Shown here: positions 38,804-50,500 of the stretch, piece after piece
How the letters are laid out: each line of letters begins with the position of its first letter
Position numbering within the stretch: position 1 is the first letter of the stretch
Assembly: GCA_964291295.2 (NCBI GenBank)
Contig: OZ219754.1
Location: 2,208,001 to 2,272,000 of the forward strand
Length of the DNA: 64,000 nucleotides
Reading direction: 5' to 3'
Origin: an uncultured Candidatus Binatia bacterium
GTDB taxonomy: Bacteria; Desulfobacterota; Binatia; UBA9968; JAJDTQ01
The notes under the pieces: generated by a model
Told to the model about the DNA's origin: nothing
The model's input: the letters and a program-made list of their open reading frames with translations, nothing else
The model's database searches: none
Made by a program: the position numbers and the translations under genes

Positions 38804-41128
38804 TCATTCCGCAGGTGATGGTCCTTGCGCTTTCCGGATCGCCTGCCACAGCTTCGGTGCGGTGTAGGGCATGTCGATGTGGTCGATGCCCAGGGGGGAG
38901 AGGGCGTCCATGACGGCGTTGGCCACGGCCGGGGGCGCACCGTTGGTGCCGGCCTCGCCCACGCCCTTGACGCCCAGCGGGTTGAAGGGATTGGGAGTCT
39001 CGGTCTCGCCGAGGACCAGGGGCGGCATGGTGGAGGCGCGCGGTACCGCGTAGTCCATGAGGGTGCCGGTCCTGGGCTGGCCCGCCTCGTCGAAGACCAT
39101 CTGTTCGCACAGCGCTTCGCCGAGGCCCTGGGCGAGGCCGCCGTGGACCTGGCCTTCCACGATCAATGGGTTCAACACGACGCCGATGTCGTCCACCAGC
39201 ACCAGTTTCTCCACGGTCAGTTCGCCAGTGTCGGTATCAATGCGCACCAGCGCCACGTGGGCGCCGAAACCCCAAGCCTCCCGGTCGGGGTCGAAGAAGG
39301 CGACTTCGTGGAGACCGGGATCCATCCCCGCCGGCGTCCCCTTGGCGTGAGCCGCTCCGGCCACTTGGCGCCAGCTCACGTTTCGTTCCGGCACGCCGGC
39401 CACCGCGAAGCCCCCGTCCACCTGGACCACGTCGTCCGGCGCCGCTTCCATGAGGTTGGCGGCGACGGCCCGAGCCTTGGCGATGACGCGTTCGACGGCC
39501 CGGCTCAGGGCGCCGCCGCCCATGACCGCGCTGCGGCTGCCGAAGGTGCCGGTGCCCTGCTGGATGGCCATGGTGTCGCCGTGGCGTACCACCACGCTTT
39601 CCACGGGTACCTTGAGTTTCTCGGCGGCCACCTGGGCCCACACGGTTTCGTGCCCCTGCCCGTGCGAACTGGAACCCGTCAGCACGGTCACCTCGCCGGT
39701 GCGGTCCACCCGAACGGCGCCGCTTTCGAACCCGGCACCGCCGCTGGGCTCCACGAAGGTGGAGACCCCCACTCCCGCCAGTTCGCCGCGCCCCCGGGCC
39801 TCGTCGCGCCGGCGCAGGAGCTGGTCGTAGTCGGACAGACGCAGCGCTTCGTCGAGGGACTTCTCGTAGTCCCCGGAGTCGTAGGTGACGCCCACGCCGG
39901 TGCGGTAGGGAAACTGGTCCGGCTGGATGAAGTTCCTGCGGCGGAGTTCCAGGGGGTCCAGGCCCAGATCCCGGGCCGCCTTGTCCGCCAGCCGCTCGAT
40001 GTTGAGCACCGATTCGGGACGGCCGGCGCCGCGGTACGGCCCGGTGGGCACGGTGTTGGTAAAGGCGGAGACGACCTCCACCCGGACGTCCTGGATGCGG
40101 TAGCAGCCGGGGGCCATGACCAGCATGCGCTGGGGCGGCCCGGCGGTGGCGGAGTGCAGGTAGGCGCCGAGGTTCGCCACCACCCGCACCTTGAGGCCGA
40201 GCATCCTGCCGTCCCTGCTCAGCGCCAGTTCCGAGGTCATGGCCTGGTCGCGGCCCTGGCAGGTGGTGAGGAAATCCTCGCTGCGGGTGGCCATCCACTT
40301 GACCGGCCGCCCCAGCTTTCGGGCCAGATGGCAGACCAGGACGTCTTCCCGGTAGACGCAGCCCTTGCTGCCGAAACCGCCCCCCACGTCCGGGGCGATG
40401 ACCCGGATGCGGTTCTCGGGAAAGCCCAGCGAGTTGGCCAGGTCCGCGCGTGAACGGTGCGGCCCCTGGGTGGAGAGCCATACCGTGAGTTCGTTCCTGA
40501 TGGGGTCGGGGTTTGCCAGGACTCCCCGCGCCTCCATTGACATGGCCACCAGCCGCGGGCTCTTCATGTGCAGGCGGACGATGTGGTCCGCCTCGGCGAA
40601 CGCCTTGTCCACGTCGCCGTTCTCCCGCTTCAGGGTGTAGCAGTGGTTGGTGCCGAGTTCCTCGTGTGCCAGCGCGGCGCCTTCCTCGAGCGCGGCCTCG
40701 GCGTCGGTGACCACCGGCAGCGGTTCGTAGCTGACGCCGATGGCGGCGGCGGCGTCTTCCGCCAGGGCGCGGCTCTCGGCCACCACGGCCGCTATCGGCG
40801 CGCCCACCGCGTGGACCACACCCCGGGCCAGCACGGGATGCTCCGGCATGTTCATGTCCGGCGTCAGCATGGGCGCGCGCAGGCGCAGGTCGCCGGTGTC
40901 GCCGCCGGTCACCACACAGACCACGCCGGGCATGGAAGCGGCTTCGCCGGTGTCAACGGACAGGATCCGGGCGTGGGGATGAGTGCTCCGGTGAATCGCC
41001 ACGTGCAGGATGCCCGGCAGCTTCACGTCATCCACGTAACAGCCCCGGCCGGTGAGCAGGGGCGGATCCTCGACCCGGGGGATGGCGGCGCCGATCAGGC
41101 CGCGGGAACTGCTTTGCTCTGTGCTCAT
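38804..41128 (-). CDS. Xanthine dehydrogenase-family molybdopterin subunit (CoxL-like, not form I CODH)
   Basis: PRVED..LLTG.G.YVDD, GGGFGSK, PYRGAGRPE, GQGHET, KGVGEAG. Confidence 0.93.
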   Translation of the reverse strand: MSTEQSSSRGLIGAAIPRVEDPPLLTGRGCYVDDVKLPGILHVAIHRSTHPHARILSVDTGEAASMPGVVCVVTGGDTGDLRLRAPMLTPDMNMPEHPVLARGVVHAVGAPIAAVVAESRALAEDAAAAIGVSYEPLPVVTDAEAALEEGAALAHEELGTNHCYTLKRENGDVDKAFAEADHIVRLHMKSPRLVAMSMEARGVLANPDPIRNELTVWLSTQGPHRSRADLANSLGFPENRIRVIAPDVGGGFGSKGCVYREDVLVCHLARKLGRPVKWMATRSEDFLTTCQGRDQAMTSELALSRDGRMLGLKVRVVANLGAYLHSATAGPPQRMLVMAPGCYRIQDVRVEVVSAFTNTVPTGPYRGAGRPESVLNIERLADKAARDLGLDPLELRRRNFIQPDQFPYRTGVGVTYDSGDYEKSLDEALRLSDYDQLLRRRDEARGRGELAGVGVSTFVEPSGGAGFESGAVRVDRTGEVTVLTGSSSHGQGHETVWAQVAAEKLKVPVESVVVRHGDTMAIQQGTGTFGSRSAVMGGGALSRAVERVIAKARAVAANLMEAAPDDVVQVDGGFAVAGVPERNVSWRQVAGAAHAKGTPAGMDPGLHEVAFFDPDREAWGFGAHVALVRIDTDTGELTVEKLVLVDDIGVVLNPLIVEGQVHGGLAQGLGEALCEQMVFDEAGQPRTGTLMDYAVPRASTMPPLVLGETETPNPFNPLGVKGVGEAGTNGAPPAVANAVMDALSPLGIDHIDMPYTAPKLWQAIRKAQGPSPAE

Positions 41129-41156
41129 GGATCGTCCTCGAAGGTTGGGGCGAGCG

Positions 41157-42035
41157 TCACGTTGCCCCGCCGAGGTCCCGTTCCCGCGCCGCCTTGATGG
41201 TGCGGCGGGCGCAGACCACGGCCATGTGGCGCTTGTAGTCGGCGTCGGCGTAGGAGTCGGCGTGCGGATCGATGCCGTCCGCGGCCCGCCCGGCCGCCGC
41301 TTCCACCACCTCCGGCGTCAGCGCCCGGCCCGCCAGGGCGGCCTCGGCCGCGGTTGCCCGGTGGGGGGTGCCGGCCACGCCTCCCAGCACCAGCCGCGCC
41401 CCGGTGCAGGCGCCGGTGCCGTCCACCGACAGCGCCGCCGCCGCGCTCACCACCACGTAACCGGAGGCCGGGTGAGGCAGCTTGGCGTAGCTCGTCCTGG
41501 CAGGGGGGGCGGGCAACGGGATGCGTACCGCGGTGAGGATCTCGTGAGGTTCCAGCGCGGTGGTGAAGAAATCCACGAAAAAGTCGTCAACCCCCACGGT
41601 CCGCTCGCCCCCGGACGAGGCCAGCACGAAGGAGGCGTCGAGGGCGGTCAGGGTCACCGGCAGGTCGGCGGCCGGGTCGGCGTGGGCCACGCTGCCGCCC
41701 AGGGTGCCGCGGTTCCGCACCTGCAGGTCGCCGATGACCGAGGCCGTGTCCGTCAGTCCCGGAAGCAGGTCGCGCACGATTTCCGACGCGCCCACTTCGG
41801 CGTGGGTGGTGAGGGCGCCGATGACCAGCGCCTCCCCTTCCAGCCGGATGCCGCTCAGGCCCGGTATGCGGCGCAGGTCGATGAGCACCTCGGGATGGGT
41901 CAGCCGGAGTTTCATGGCCGGAATCAGGCTGTGGCCTCCCGCCAGCACCTTGCCGTCCTCGCCGTGTTCCCGCAGCAGAGTGAAGGCTTCCTGAAGGGAG
42001 TGCGGCGCGTGATATCCGAAGCTAGCGGGATGCAT
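41157..42035 (-). CDS. Xanthine dehydrogenase-family FAD subunit (CoxM-like)
   Basis: [35 protein letters not shown]. Confidence 0.93.
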   Translation of the reverse strand: MHPASFGYHAPHSLQEAFTLLREHGEDGKVLAGGHSLIPAMKLRLTHPEVLIDLRRIPGLSGIRLEGEALVIGALTTHAEVGASEIVRDLLPGLTDTASVIGDLQVRNRGTLGGSVAHADPAADLPVTLTALDASFVLASSGGERTVGVDDFFVDFFTTALEPHEILTAVRIPLPAPPARTSYAKLPHPASGYVVVSAAAALSVDGTGACTGARLVLGGVAGTPHRATAAEAALAGRALTPEVVEAAAGRAADGIDPHADSYADADYKRHMAVVCARRTIKAARERDLGGAT

Positions 42036-42516
42036 GTGCTCCCCTCATCTGCTCGGCGGCTCGGCGGATGGCCTTGACGATGTTCACATAACCGGTACAG
42101 CGGCACAGGTTTCCTTCCAGCGCGTGCTTGACGGCGTCCTCGTCGGGGTCCGGATCGGTCTCCAGCAGGTGGGCCGCGGTCATCACCATGCCCGGCGTGC
42201 AGTAGCCGCACTGAAGTCCGTGCTGCTCCTGGAAGGCCGCCTGCACGGGATGCAGGGTGGTGCCGTCCGCCATGCCCTCGATGGTCGTGACCGCGGCGCC
42301 GTCGGCCTGCACCGCGAGCACCGTGCACGACTTCACCGCGGCACCGTTCAGGTGCACCGTGCAGGCGCCGCACTGGCTGGTGTCGCAACCCACATGGGTG
42401 CCGGTGAGCCCGAGGTGCTCGCGCAGGAAATGAACCAGCAGCAGCCGCGGTTCCACCTCGGCCGCGCGGCCCTCTCCGTTGACGGTGATCTGGATGGGTA
42501 TTGCGGGATGTTCCAT
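42022..42516 (-). CDS. Xanthine dehydrogenase-family 2Fe-2S subunit (CoxS-like)
   Basis: [10 protein letters not shown]...[18 protein letters not shown]. Confidence 0.95.
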   Translation of the reverse strand: MEHPAIPIQITVNGEGRAAEVEPRLLLVHFLREHLGLTGTHVGCDTSQCGACTVHLNGAAVKSCTVLAVQADGAAVTTIEGMADGTTLHPVQAAFQEQHGLQCGYCTPGMVMTAAHLLETDPDPDEDAVKHALEGNLCRCTGYVNIVKAIRRAAEQMRGAHASR

Positions 42517-42595
42517 GGTTTCCTCGTCAGCGGCGCGTCTTCCCGGAGGAGCGGCGCATGGACCCGGCCGCCGGCGCTTCGCGTGACCCGGCGGG

Positions 42596-43885
42596 TCAGG
42601 ACCGCTCGTTCACCGGCACCGCCTTGCCGTTCACCGGTTCCGCGGGGTTGCCGGCGTGCGCGCCCGCCTGGCCGCCGCGCTTCCGGGCGCGGCGTTTGCG
42701 GGCCGGTCGCTTCCGTGCGGTTTCGGCGGCGTCCGGTTTCGCACCCCGTTTCCGGTCCGCCGGGCTGCCCGACGGCCGCGGGATGGGCTTGCCCAGGATG
42801 TTTTCGATGGCCCGCACCGACTGGCTGTCGGCGTCGGTGGCGAAGCTGGTGGCTCGTCCCACTGCGCTCATCCGCGCGGTGCGGCCGATGCGGTGGACGT
42901 AGTCTTCGGGCGTGTAGGGGAGATCGTAGTTGATGACGTGGCCGATGTTGTCGATGTCCAGACCCCGGGCGGCGATGTCGGTGGCCACCAGGATCCGGTA
43001 GCGGCCCCGGCGGAATCCCTCCAGTGCGGCCCGGCGTCGTTCCAGCGACAGGTTGCCATGGATCTCGGCGGCCCGGTGACCGCTGCGCCGCAGGGTTTCG
43101 GCGATGAGGTCGGCGCGGTTCTTGGTACGGGTGAACACCAGTACCGATTCGTCGTTGTTCTTCAGCAGGGAAAGCAGCAGGGAGGTCTTGGCCCCCGGTG
43201 TGGTGGTGTGAAGCGTGTGGGCGACGCCGTCCGCCGGGGTTGCCGGCCTGGCCACGACGGCGTGAAACGGATCGCGCAGGGACATGCGCGCCAACTCCTC
43301 CAGGTCCGTGGGAAGCGTCGCGGAATAGAGAAAGCTCTGCCGGCCCGGCGGCAGCGCGTCGATGATCTGGTTCAACTGGTCGGCGAATCCCATGTCGAGC
43401 ATGCGGTCGGCCTCGTCCAGCACCACCACCTCGACCTCCCTCAGGTCGAGGTGGCCGTCCCACATGAGATCGAGCAGCCGGCCGGGTGTGGCCACGACGA
43501 TCTCGGGATGTTGCCTGAGACCGCGGATCTGGGCCTGCATGTCGGCACCCCCCACCACGGTGGTGGCATAGACACGCAGCGAGCGCCCGAGCTGGTCGAT
43601 GGTCTCCTGTATCTGGAAGGCAAGCTCACGGGTGGGAGCGAGGATCAATCCACGGGGCGGCCCCGGCGGCGAGCCGGCGAGCCGTTCCACCATGGGAATC
43701 ACGAAGGCCGCGGTCTTGCCCGTGCCGGTCTGCGCGCAGCCCAGGATGTCGCAGCCCTCCAGGGCGGAGGGCAGGGCCAGTTGCTGGATGGGAGTGGGAG
43801 AGGCGAAGCCGACCTTGGCGAGATCCTTGAGCATCGGGTCGGACAAACCGAAGGCGTTGAAATTCGTACTGTCTGATTCCGGCAT
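42596..43885 (-). CDS. DEAD-box RNA helicase (RhlE-like)
   Basis: [47 protein letters not shown]. Confidence 0.96.
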   Translation of the reverse strand: MPESDSTNFNAFGLSDPMLKDLAKVGFASPTPIQQLALPSALEGCDILGCAQTGTGKTAAFVIPMVERLAGSPPGPPRGLILAPTRELAFQIQETIDQLGRSLRVYATTVVGGADMQAQIRGLRQHPEIVVATPGRLLDLMWDGHLDLREVEVVVLDEADRMLDMGFADQLNQIIDALPPGRQSFLYSATLPTDLEELARMSLRDPFHAVVARPATPADGVAHTLHTTTPGAKTSLLLSLLKNNDESVLVFTRTKNRADLIAETLRRSGHRAAEIHGNLSLERRRAALEGFRRGRYRILVATDIAARGLDIDNIGHVINYDLPYTPEDYVHRIGRTARMSAVGRATSFATDADSQSVRAIENILGKPIPRPSGSPADRKRGAKPDAAETARKRPARKRRARKRGGQAGAHAGNPAEPVNGKAVPVNERS

Positions 43886-44133
43886 GAAAGATGTTCCGTA
43901 CTGAGGCTGGATTCTCGTGTCCGCGGCGCTGCGGCCTCGGTTTCCGGGGCGCCGTCTTGTCGATGCAACCGGGCGAAGCGATCGACCCGCGGCGATTGAC
44001 CGAAGCGATTGAAGTGGCGGGGCTCGGTCAACCGCCGGGCACGGCGAGGGTGGACGGCCGGCAGCCTTGTCCGCCCGTCGCGCCCTCCAGGACGATGAAA
44101 TGGGTGACAGAAAGCGACGACAGGATCCAGGCC

Positions 44134-44325
44134 CTAGAGTTCGTCGATGCGGGGCTGCGGACCGGGGACGATGTCGGCGATGTCGGGATCGACATCATCG
44201 TCGCGTTCCGGCCGGTCCTGCCGGGCTTCCCTGCGTTCGGCGCGCCGCCTGGCCTTTTCCTCTTTCTTCTCCTGTTTCGCGCGTTCCCGTTGCCGCTTGG
44301 CAAAGGTGGTTCGTGGTTGAGCCAT
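44134..44325 (-). CDS. Small basic/acidic protein
   Basis: GAGG RBS; TTFAKRQRERAKQEKKEEK basic helix followed by DPDIADIVPGPQP. Confidence 0.75.
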   Translation of the reverse strand: MAQPRTTFAKRQRERAKQEKKEEKARRRAERREARQDRPERDDDVDPDIADIVPGPQPRIDEL

Positions 44326-44334
44326 GCCCTCAGT

Positions 44335-44865
44335 CTAACGCGTCTCGGTGCGAACGCCAAACGGCGGCGGTGCCGGCATCGACAGCCCGTCGACGAATTC
44401 GACGCCGGGTATCCTGTGGAGCTCGGCCGGAGCGATCTTCAGCTTGGACGAACGGCTCCCCGAGCCGAGTATGACGTACTCCCGCGACAGCAGGTTCGGG
44501 TCCGCATAGACCGCAAGTCCGGCAGGCAGCGCGAACGCGGTGACCCCGCCGATCATCATCCCGGTGAGTCCCCGGGTCGCTTCGGCGGAGGCGAACGACG
44601 CCCTTGAGACACCCATCAGCCGTTTGACCGTCCTGTTCACGTCGAGTCGCGCGGAAGCCTGCACGACGCACGCGCAGTAGCTGGGTTCGCCGCGTCTGGA
44701 GGCCACGAGGATGGTGTTGCCGCTGGTCTCCGGCGGGTAGCCGTAGCGCTCGCAGAACGCGGCGGTGTCGGCGAATGCGGGGTCGATGCGGACGAGCTCG
44801 TATGAAACCCCGAGTTCGCCCAGGACGGCCAGGACCCGCGCCTCGATGCCGGTGGAAACGTCCAT
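44335..44865 (-). CDS. YbaK/EbsC (aminoacyl-tRNA editing-like) protein
   Basis: ADTAAFCERYG..., ASFAS...TGMMIGGVT, GSGSRSSKL; TGATG coupling to the upstream gene. Confidence 0.88.
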   Translation of the reverse strand: MDVSTGIEARVLAVLGELGVSYELVRIDPAFADTAAFCERYGYPPETSGNTILVASRRGEPSYCACVVQASARLDVNRTVKRLMGVSRASFASAEATRGLTGMMIGGVTAFALPAGLAVYADPNLLSREYVILGSGSRSSKLKIAPAELHRIPGVEFVDGLSMPAPPPFGVRTETR

Positions 44866-47156
44866 CAGCCGCCCGGCTCCATCAGCCGGTACACCCGCTC
44901 GGGGTTCATGGGAAGGTCGCGGGCCACGATGCCCACGGCCTTCCTCAACGCGGCCGCGACGGCGGGGGCCACCGGCGCCAGGCCGCCCTCGGCCATGCCC
45001 TTGCTGCCGAAGGGGCCGGGGCCGTCCCGGTTCTCGATCAGGACCGAGTCCAGCACCGCCGGCAGGTCCCTGAACCGGGGCAGGGCGTAGTCGATGACGC
45101 CGGGGTTCTGCAACAGGGCGCCGTCGAACACCTGTTCCTCGGTGAGCGTGTTGCCCATGCCGAACATGATGGAGCCCTGCTCCTGGCCTTCGCACCGCAG
45201 TGGATGCATGGCCTGTCCGATATCCGCGGCGGAGACGTAGTTCAGGCAGCGCACCTTGCCGGTGTCCGGATCCACCGCCACCACCGCGATGCCGGCGTTG
45301 ATCTCCCAGGTGCGGATATCGATGCGGTCCCGGGTGAGGGCCTTGTCCATGCCCCGGCCCACCAGCGTGCCGGTGGTTCCCTCGGCCAGCTCTTCGAGGC
45401 TCAACACCGGCTCGCCGTCACTCGTGAACGCCCCGCCCTCCAGGGCGAGGCTCCGGCGGTCCCGGTCCGACAGCGCCGCCGCCTTTTCCAGCAACAGCTC
45501 CCGCAACTCCTCGGACGCCCGCTTCACGGCATTGCCCATGAGCACGGTGATGCGGCTGCCGTAGACGCCGGAGGCACCGGGCGTGTTGCTGGTGTCGTAG
45601 GGGGCGATGGTGATCCTGTCGATGGCCACCCCGAGCACCTCGGCCGCGGTCTGGGCCAGTACCGTCCTGGCACCGCCGCCGATCTCCGGAGCGTTGGCGT
45701 AGACGGTGAAGCGGGCGTCTTCGTTGAACACGACCCGGGCGTTGTACCGGGTAGTGGAAAGGTCCTTGATGGCGCAGGCGACGCCGGTGCCGATCTTTTC
45801 GCCGGCCTGCGCCAGGGACTCCGGGGCCCGCGTCCGACGGGCCTGTTCGAAGAGTTCCAGGCAGGCGGTGAACGCTCCATGCGGATTGCCGTCCAGCGGC
45901 GGCCCGCCGAGCACGTATTTCTCCCCGGCCCGCAGCAGGTTCTTGAGCCGGAACTCGATGGGGTCGTAGCCGAGCTCGGTGCAGATGTGGTCGGTGTGGG
46001 CCTCGCAGGCCCATCCGAGCTGCACACTGCCGATGCCGCGGAAGGCGCCCGCCGGCACCTTGTTGGTGTAGACCGAAAAGCAGTCGGCCCGGGCGTGCTC
46101 GACCCGGTAGGGTCCCACGGAACGGAACGCCGCCTTGCGCGTCACCTGGATGCCGAAGTCGGCGTAGGCGCCGGTATCCAGGTGGATCTTCGCCTCCCGG
46201 CAAAGCAGGGTGCCGTCCTGCCGCAGTCCCGTGCGGATCTCGATCTCGGCGGGATGGCGCCGGGCGGTGAATGCGGTCTCCTCCATGGAGAGGCGAAGCT
46301 GCACCGCCGCCCCGGAGGCGGCGGCGGCCAGGACCGCCAGGTGCTCGACACCGATGTGGCCCTTGGCCCCGAAGCCGCCGCCGACGTACGGCACCTTCAC
46401 CGTCACCTGTTCCTCCCGGAGGCCGAACATGCGCGCCAGTTCGTCGCGCACCGGAAAGGGAGCCTGCGACGAGGTGTGCACGGTAACGGACCTGTCGTCC
46501 ACGGCGGCGACGGCGCAGTGGGGCTCCATGGGATAGTGGAACAGGGACGGGAAGGAGAAATGGTCCTCGATGACGCGGGCGGCCTCGCGGAAGGCCCGCT
46601 CCGGGTCGCCCGCCACGAAATGGGTGCCGCCGCAGTTGTTGCGGCCGTAGTCGTGGTCGAAGTCGTCCTCGCCTTCGCGGTCGTAGGCGGCATCGGCGTC
46701 GTGCACCGTCGTGCCCCCTGCCAGCGCCGACATCATCTCCGACACCGGCGGCAGCGGCGTGTAGCGGACCTCCACCTGCGCTGCCGCCGCCGCGGCCTCG
46801 GTCTCGCTGTCGGCCACCACGATGGCGACCGGCTCGCCCTGGAACCGCACCTTGTCATGGGCCAGCACCGGCCGGTCCTTGACGGCCTGGCCGTACGGCC
46901 TGACGGTCCGCAGGCATCCCAGCCTGTTGAAGTCGAGGCGGTCATGAGTCACGACAGCGCGCACGCCCGGGGCCGCAAGTGCGGCCTCGAGGTGGATTCC
47001 GTCGATGCGCGCGTGCGCATGGGGACTGCCGACCACCGTGGCGAACTTCATCCCCGGGAGGGTGAGGTCCGCCGCAAAGACCGCGCTGCCGGTCACTTTT
47101 TCGTCCGCATCGAGGCTGCGCACCGATTGGCCCACGTATTTCATGGAACGATTCAT
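44865..47156 (-). CDS. Xanthine dehydrogenase-family molybdopterin subunit (stand-alone)
   Basis: DADEKVTG.A.FAAD, MEPH, VGGGFGAK, GAFRGIG, GPFGSKGMAE. Confidence 0.92.
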   Translation of the reverse strand: MNRSMKYVGQSVRSLDADEKVTGSAVFAADLTLPGMKFATVVGSPHAHARIDGIHLEAALAAPGVRAVVTHDRLDFNRLGCLRTVRPYGQAVKDRPVLAHDKVRFQGEPVAIVVADSETEAAAAAAQVEVRYTPLPPVSEMMSALAGGTTVHDADAAYDREGEDDFDHDYGRNNCGGTHFVAGDPERAFREAARVIEDHFSFPSLFHYPMEPHCAVAAVDDRSVTVHTSSQAPFPVRDELARMFGLREEQVTVKVPYVGGGFGAKGHIGVEHLAVLAAAASGAAVQLRLSMEETAFTARRHPAEIEIRTGLRQDGTLLCREAKIHLDTGAYADFGIQVTRKAAFRSVGPYRVEHARADCFSVYTNKVPAGAFRGIGSVQLGWACEAHTDHICTELGYDPIEFRLKNLLRAGEKYVLGGPPLDGNPHGAFTACLELFEQARRTRAPESLAQAGEKIGTGVACAIKDLSTTRYNARVVFNEDARFTVYANAPEIGGGARTVLAQTAAEVLGVAIDRITIAPYDTSNTPGASGVYGSRITVLMGNAVKRASEELRELLLEKAAALSDRDRRSLALEGGAFTSDGEPVLSLEELAEGTTGTLVGRGMDKALTRDRIDIRTWEINAGIAVVAVDPDTGKVRCLNYVSAADIGQAMHPLRCEGQEQGSIMFGMGNTLTEEQVFDGALLQNPGVIDYALPRFRDLPAVLDSVLIENRDGPGPFGSKGMAEGGLAPVAPAVAAALRKAVGIVARDLPMNPERVYRLMEPGG

Positions 47157-47390
47157 CGAAGGAACTCCGTCATGGAAGGAACACCGGAACCGGGGTGTCC
47201 GTCTTCTATAGCGAACCCGCCGCCGCGCCGAAACCGCTGCGACCGTGAAAACGGCGCGTTCAAGACGCGTCCGGCCGGCGGGCCGGTTCGCCAGACATGT
47301 CCCGGCCGTGGCGAAAGCAACCGTATGTTGATAGACTCCCGGGTTCGGCATGACAAGCCGACTGCCTGCCTTGCGTTCGGGGAGGTCCGA

Positions 47391-47417
47391 GGAATTCACG
47401 GAATTCATGGAATTCGC
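47391..47417. repeat. Three 9-bp tandem repeats in the divergent region before gltB
   Basis: GGAATTCAC GGAATTCAT GGAATTCGC. Confidence 0.6.
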
Positions 47418-47590
47418 GGTGAGACCGGCGGTGTCGTCAAAACCGGCGGGCCGCGGGGCGTCTCCCTGACAGGAAACGACGTGCCAGCTACTGAAACCCG
47501 GATGGTTTTGTGCTACTCCGGCTTGTTTCTCGGGCTTGTTTCGGATACCGGCAAGACTCCTGTCAGCCGTCTTGCAGAGAGCTGTTGGAC

Positions 47591-50500
47591 ATGAAGAAGC
47601 AGTACCAGGGACTCTATGACCCCGCGTATGAACACGATGCCTGCGGCGTGGGGGTGGTGGCCAATCTCGACGGCCGGAAGTCTCACGACATCATTCGCCA
47701 CGCGGTCGAGGTGCTTGTCAACCTGGAGCATCGCGGGGCCTGCGGATGCGACCCCCATACCGGTGACGGCGCGGGTATCCTGTTCCAGATTCCCCACGCC
47801 TTCTTTCATCGGCATTGCCGGCCCATGGGCATCGCCCTGCCCGCTCCGGGCGAGTACGGCGTCGGCATGGTCTTCCTGCCGCGGCAGACGGAAGCGCACC
47901 GGTGGTGCGAGCGGGTCATCGAAGAGACCGTCGGCGCCGAAGGCCAGGAGTTTCTGGGATGGCGCGACGTACCCGTGGATTTCACCCAGGCCGGAGACGT
48001 GGCCACCCGGGTGGCGCCGCTGATCCGGCAGTTCTTTGTCGGCGCCGGCCCGGAGACGGCCACCCGGGACCGGTTCGAGCGCAAGCTCTACGTGATCCGC
48101 AAGGTCATCGAGAACGCGGTGGACAGCGGACTCGCTCCCGAGGTCCGGGACGACTTCTACATCTCCAGCCTGTCCAGCAGGACCGTGGTCTACAAGGGCC
48201 TGTTGCGGGCCGATCAACTGGATTCCTTCTACCGCGACCTCTCCGACGATTCCATCGTCTCGGCCCTGGCCCTGGTGCACTCGCGCTACAGCACCAACAC
48301 GCTGGGCTCGTGGCGGCTGGCGCATCCCTACCGGATGCTGTGCCACAACGGCGAGATCAACACCATCCGGGGCAACCAGAACTGGATGCGCGCGCGGGAA
48401 GCGTTGTTCTCGTCGCCGCTGTTCGGGGACGACATGGCCAAGCTGATGCCGATCATCCGCGAGGGGGCCAGCGATTCCGCGGGATTCGACAACGCCCTGG
48501 AACTGTTGGTGTTCACCGGCCGGTCCCTGCCCCATGCCCTGATGATGATGATTCCCGAGGCCTGGGAAAACCACGAGACCATGTCCGACGAGAAGAAGGC
48601 CTTCTACGCCTATCACGCCTGCCTCATGGAGCCTTGGGACGGTCCCGCGCTCATCGCGGCCTGCGACGGCGACCGGGTGTGCACCACGCTGGACCGGAAC
48701 GGACTGCGGCCCTTCCGTTACGTGGTCACCCGGGACAACTTCATCGTCGGCGCCTCGGAGGCGGGGGTGCTCGACCTGCCCGCCGAGCGCATCCTGACAC
48801 GAGGCCGCCTGCAGCCGGGCCGGTTGTTCCTGATCGATACGCTCGAAGGCCGCATTGTCGCCGACGACGAGATCAAGCACGAGATCAGCACGCGCCGCCC
48901 CTATCGCCGGTGGCTTTCCCGGGAGATGGTGGCGCTGGAAGACCTGCCCGAGCCGGAAGAGACGCCGGGCCTCGACATGGAGACGCTCGCGGAACGCCAA
49001 CGGGCCTTCGGATTCACCAGCGAGGAACTGAAGATCCTCGTCGGCCCCATGGCGGTCCGGGGAGAGGAACCGGTGGGCTCCATGGGCAACGACGCCCCGC
49101 TCGCGGTGCTGTCCAACCGGCCCCAGTTGCTCTTTCACTACTTCAAGCAACTCTTCGCCCAGGTGACCAATCCGCCCCTGGACGCCATCCGTGAAGAGCT
49201 GGTGACCGCCCTGCGGACCTCGGTCGGTTCGGAGCGGGATCTCTTTGCCGAGACCGCTGAACATTGCCGCCAGCTCCAGCTCGCGCGGCCGATCCTGTCC
49301 AATGGCGAGACCGCCCGCATCAAGTCCCTGGACCGCCCCGGACTCAAGGCGGAGACTCTTGCCGCGGTGTTCCCGAAGTCGGCGTCCGCCGGCGCGCTGA
49401 CCGATGCCGTGGAGGCGCTGTGCGCCGAGGCCGGCCGCGCCGTCAAGGACCGGGGCGCGACGGTGCTGGTGCTGTCCGACCGCGGTGTCGGCCCGGACCG
49501 GGTCCAGATCCCGAGCCTGCTGGCCGCCGCGGCGGTCCATCACCACCTCATCCGGGAGGGGCTCCGGACCCGCGCCGCCCTGGTGGTGGAGTCGGGCGAG
49601 CCCAGGGAGGTCATGCATTGCTGCCTGCTCGTCGGCTACGGGGCCAATGCGGTGAACCCCTACCTGGCCCTGGAGACGGTGGAGTGGATGTGCCGCGACG
49701 GCCTGATTCCGGACGTGGACGGCAAGAAGGCCCGGGAAAACCTGCTCAAGGCCCTGTGCAAGGGCGTGCTGAAGACCATGTCCAAGATGGGCATCTCCAC
49801 CATCAAGTCCTATCACGGCGCGCAGATCTTCGAGGCCATCGGGCTGAAGCAGGCGGTCATCGACCGCTACTTCACCTGGACGGCCTCGCGCATCGAAGGC
49901 ATCGGCCTCGACGAAATCGAGCAGGAGTACCGCCTGCACCACCATCACGGCTATCCGGAGCGCACGGTTGCCGGCGACGGCGCACTGGATGTGGGTGGCT
50001 ACTATCAATGGCGCAAGGACGGGGAGCACCACCTCTTCAACCCGCATACCATCGCGCTGCTGCAGACCTCCACGCAAACCGGCGACTACGGATTGTTCCG
50101 GGAATATTCGCGGCAGATCGACGACCAGACCCGGCTGCTGGGGACGCTTCGGGGCCTGTTCGAGTTCAGGTCGGCGCAGCCGTCCGTGCCCATCGACGAG
50201 GTGGAACCGGCGTCGGAGATCGTCAAGCGGTTCTCCACCGGGGCCATGTCCTACGGCTCCATCAGCAAGGAGGCCCACGAGAGCCTGGCCATCGCCATGA
50301 ACCGCATCGGCGGCCGCAGCAACTCGGGCGAGGGCGGCGAGGACCCGGACCGCTACCACCCCGACGCCGACGGCAACTGGCGCAACAGCGCCATCAAGCA
50401 GGTCGCTTCCGGGCGCTTCGGCGTCACCAGCAACTATCTGGTCAACTGCACCGACCTGCAGATCAAGATGGCCCAGGGGGCCAAGCCGGGCGAGGGCGGA

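Noticed and set aside
38804-42516. True aerobic CO dehydrogenase (form I coxMSL)
   Set aside because: Active-site loop is PYRGAGR, not AYxCSFR; gene order is S-M-L and no coxDEFG accessory genes are present
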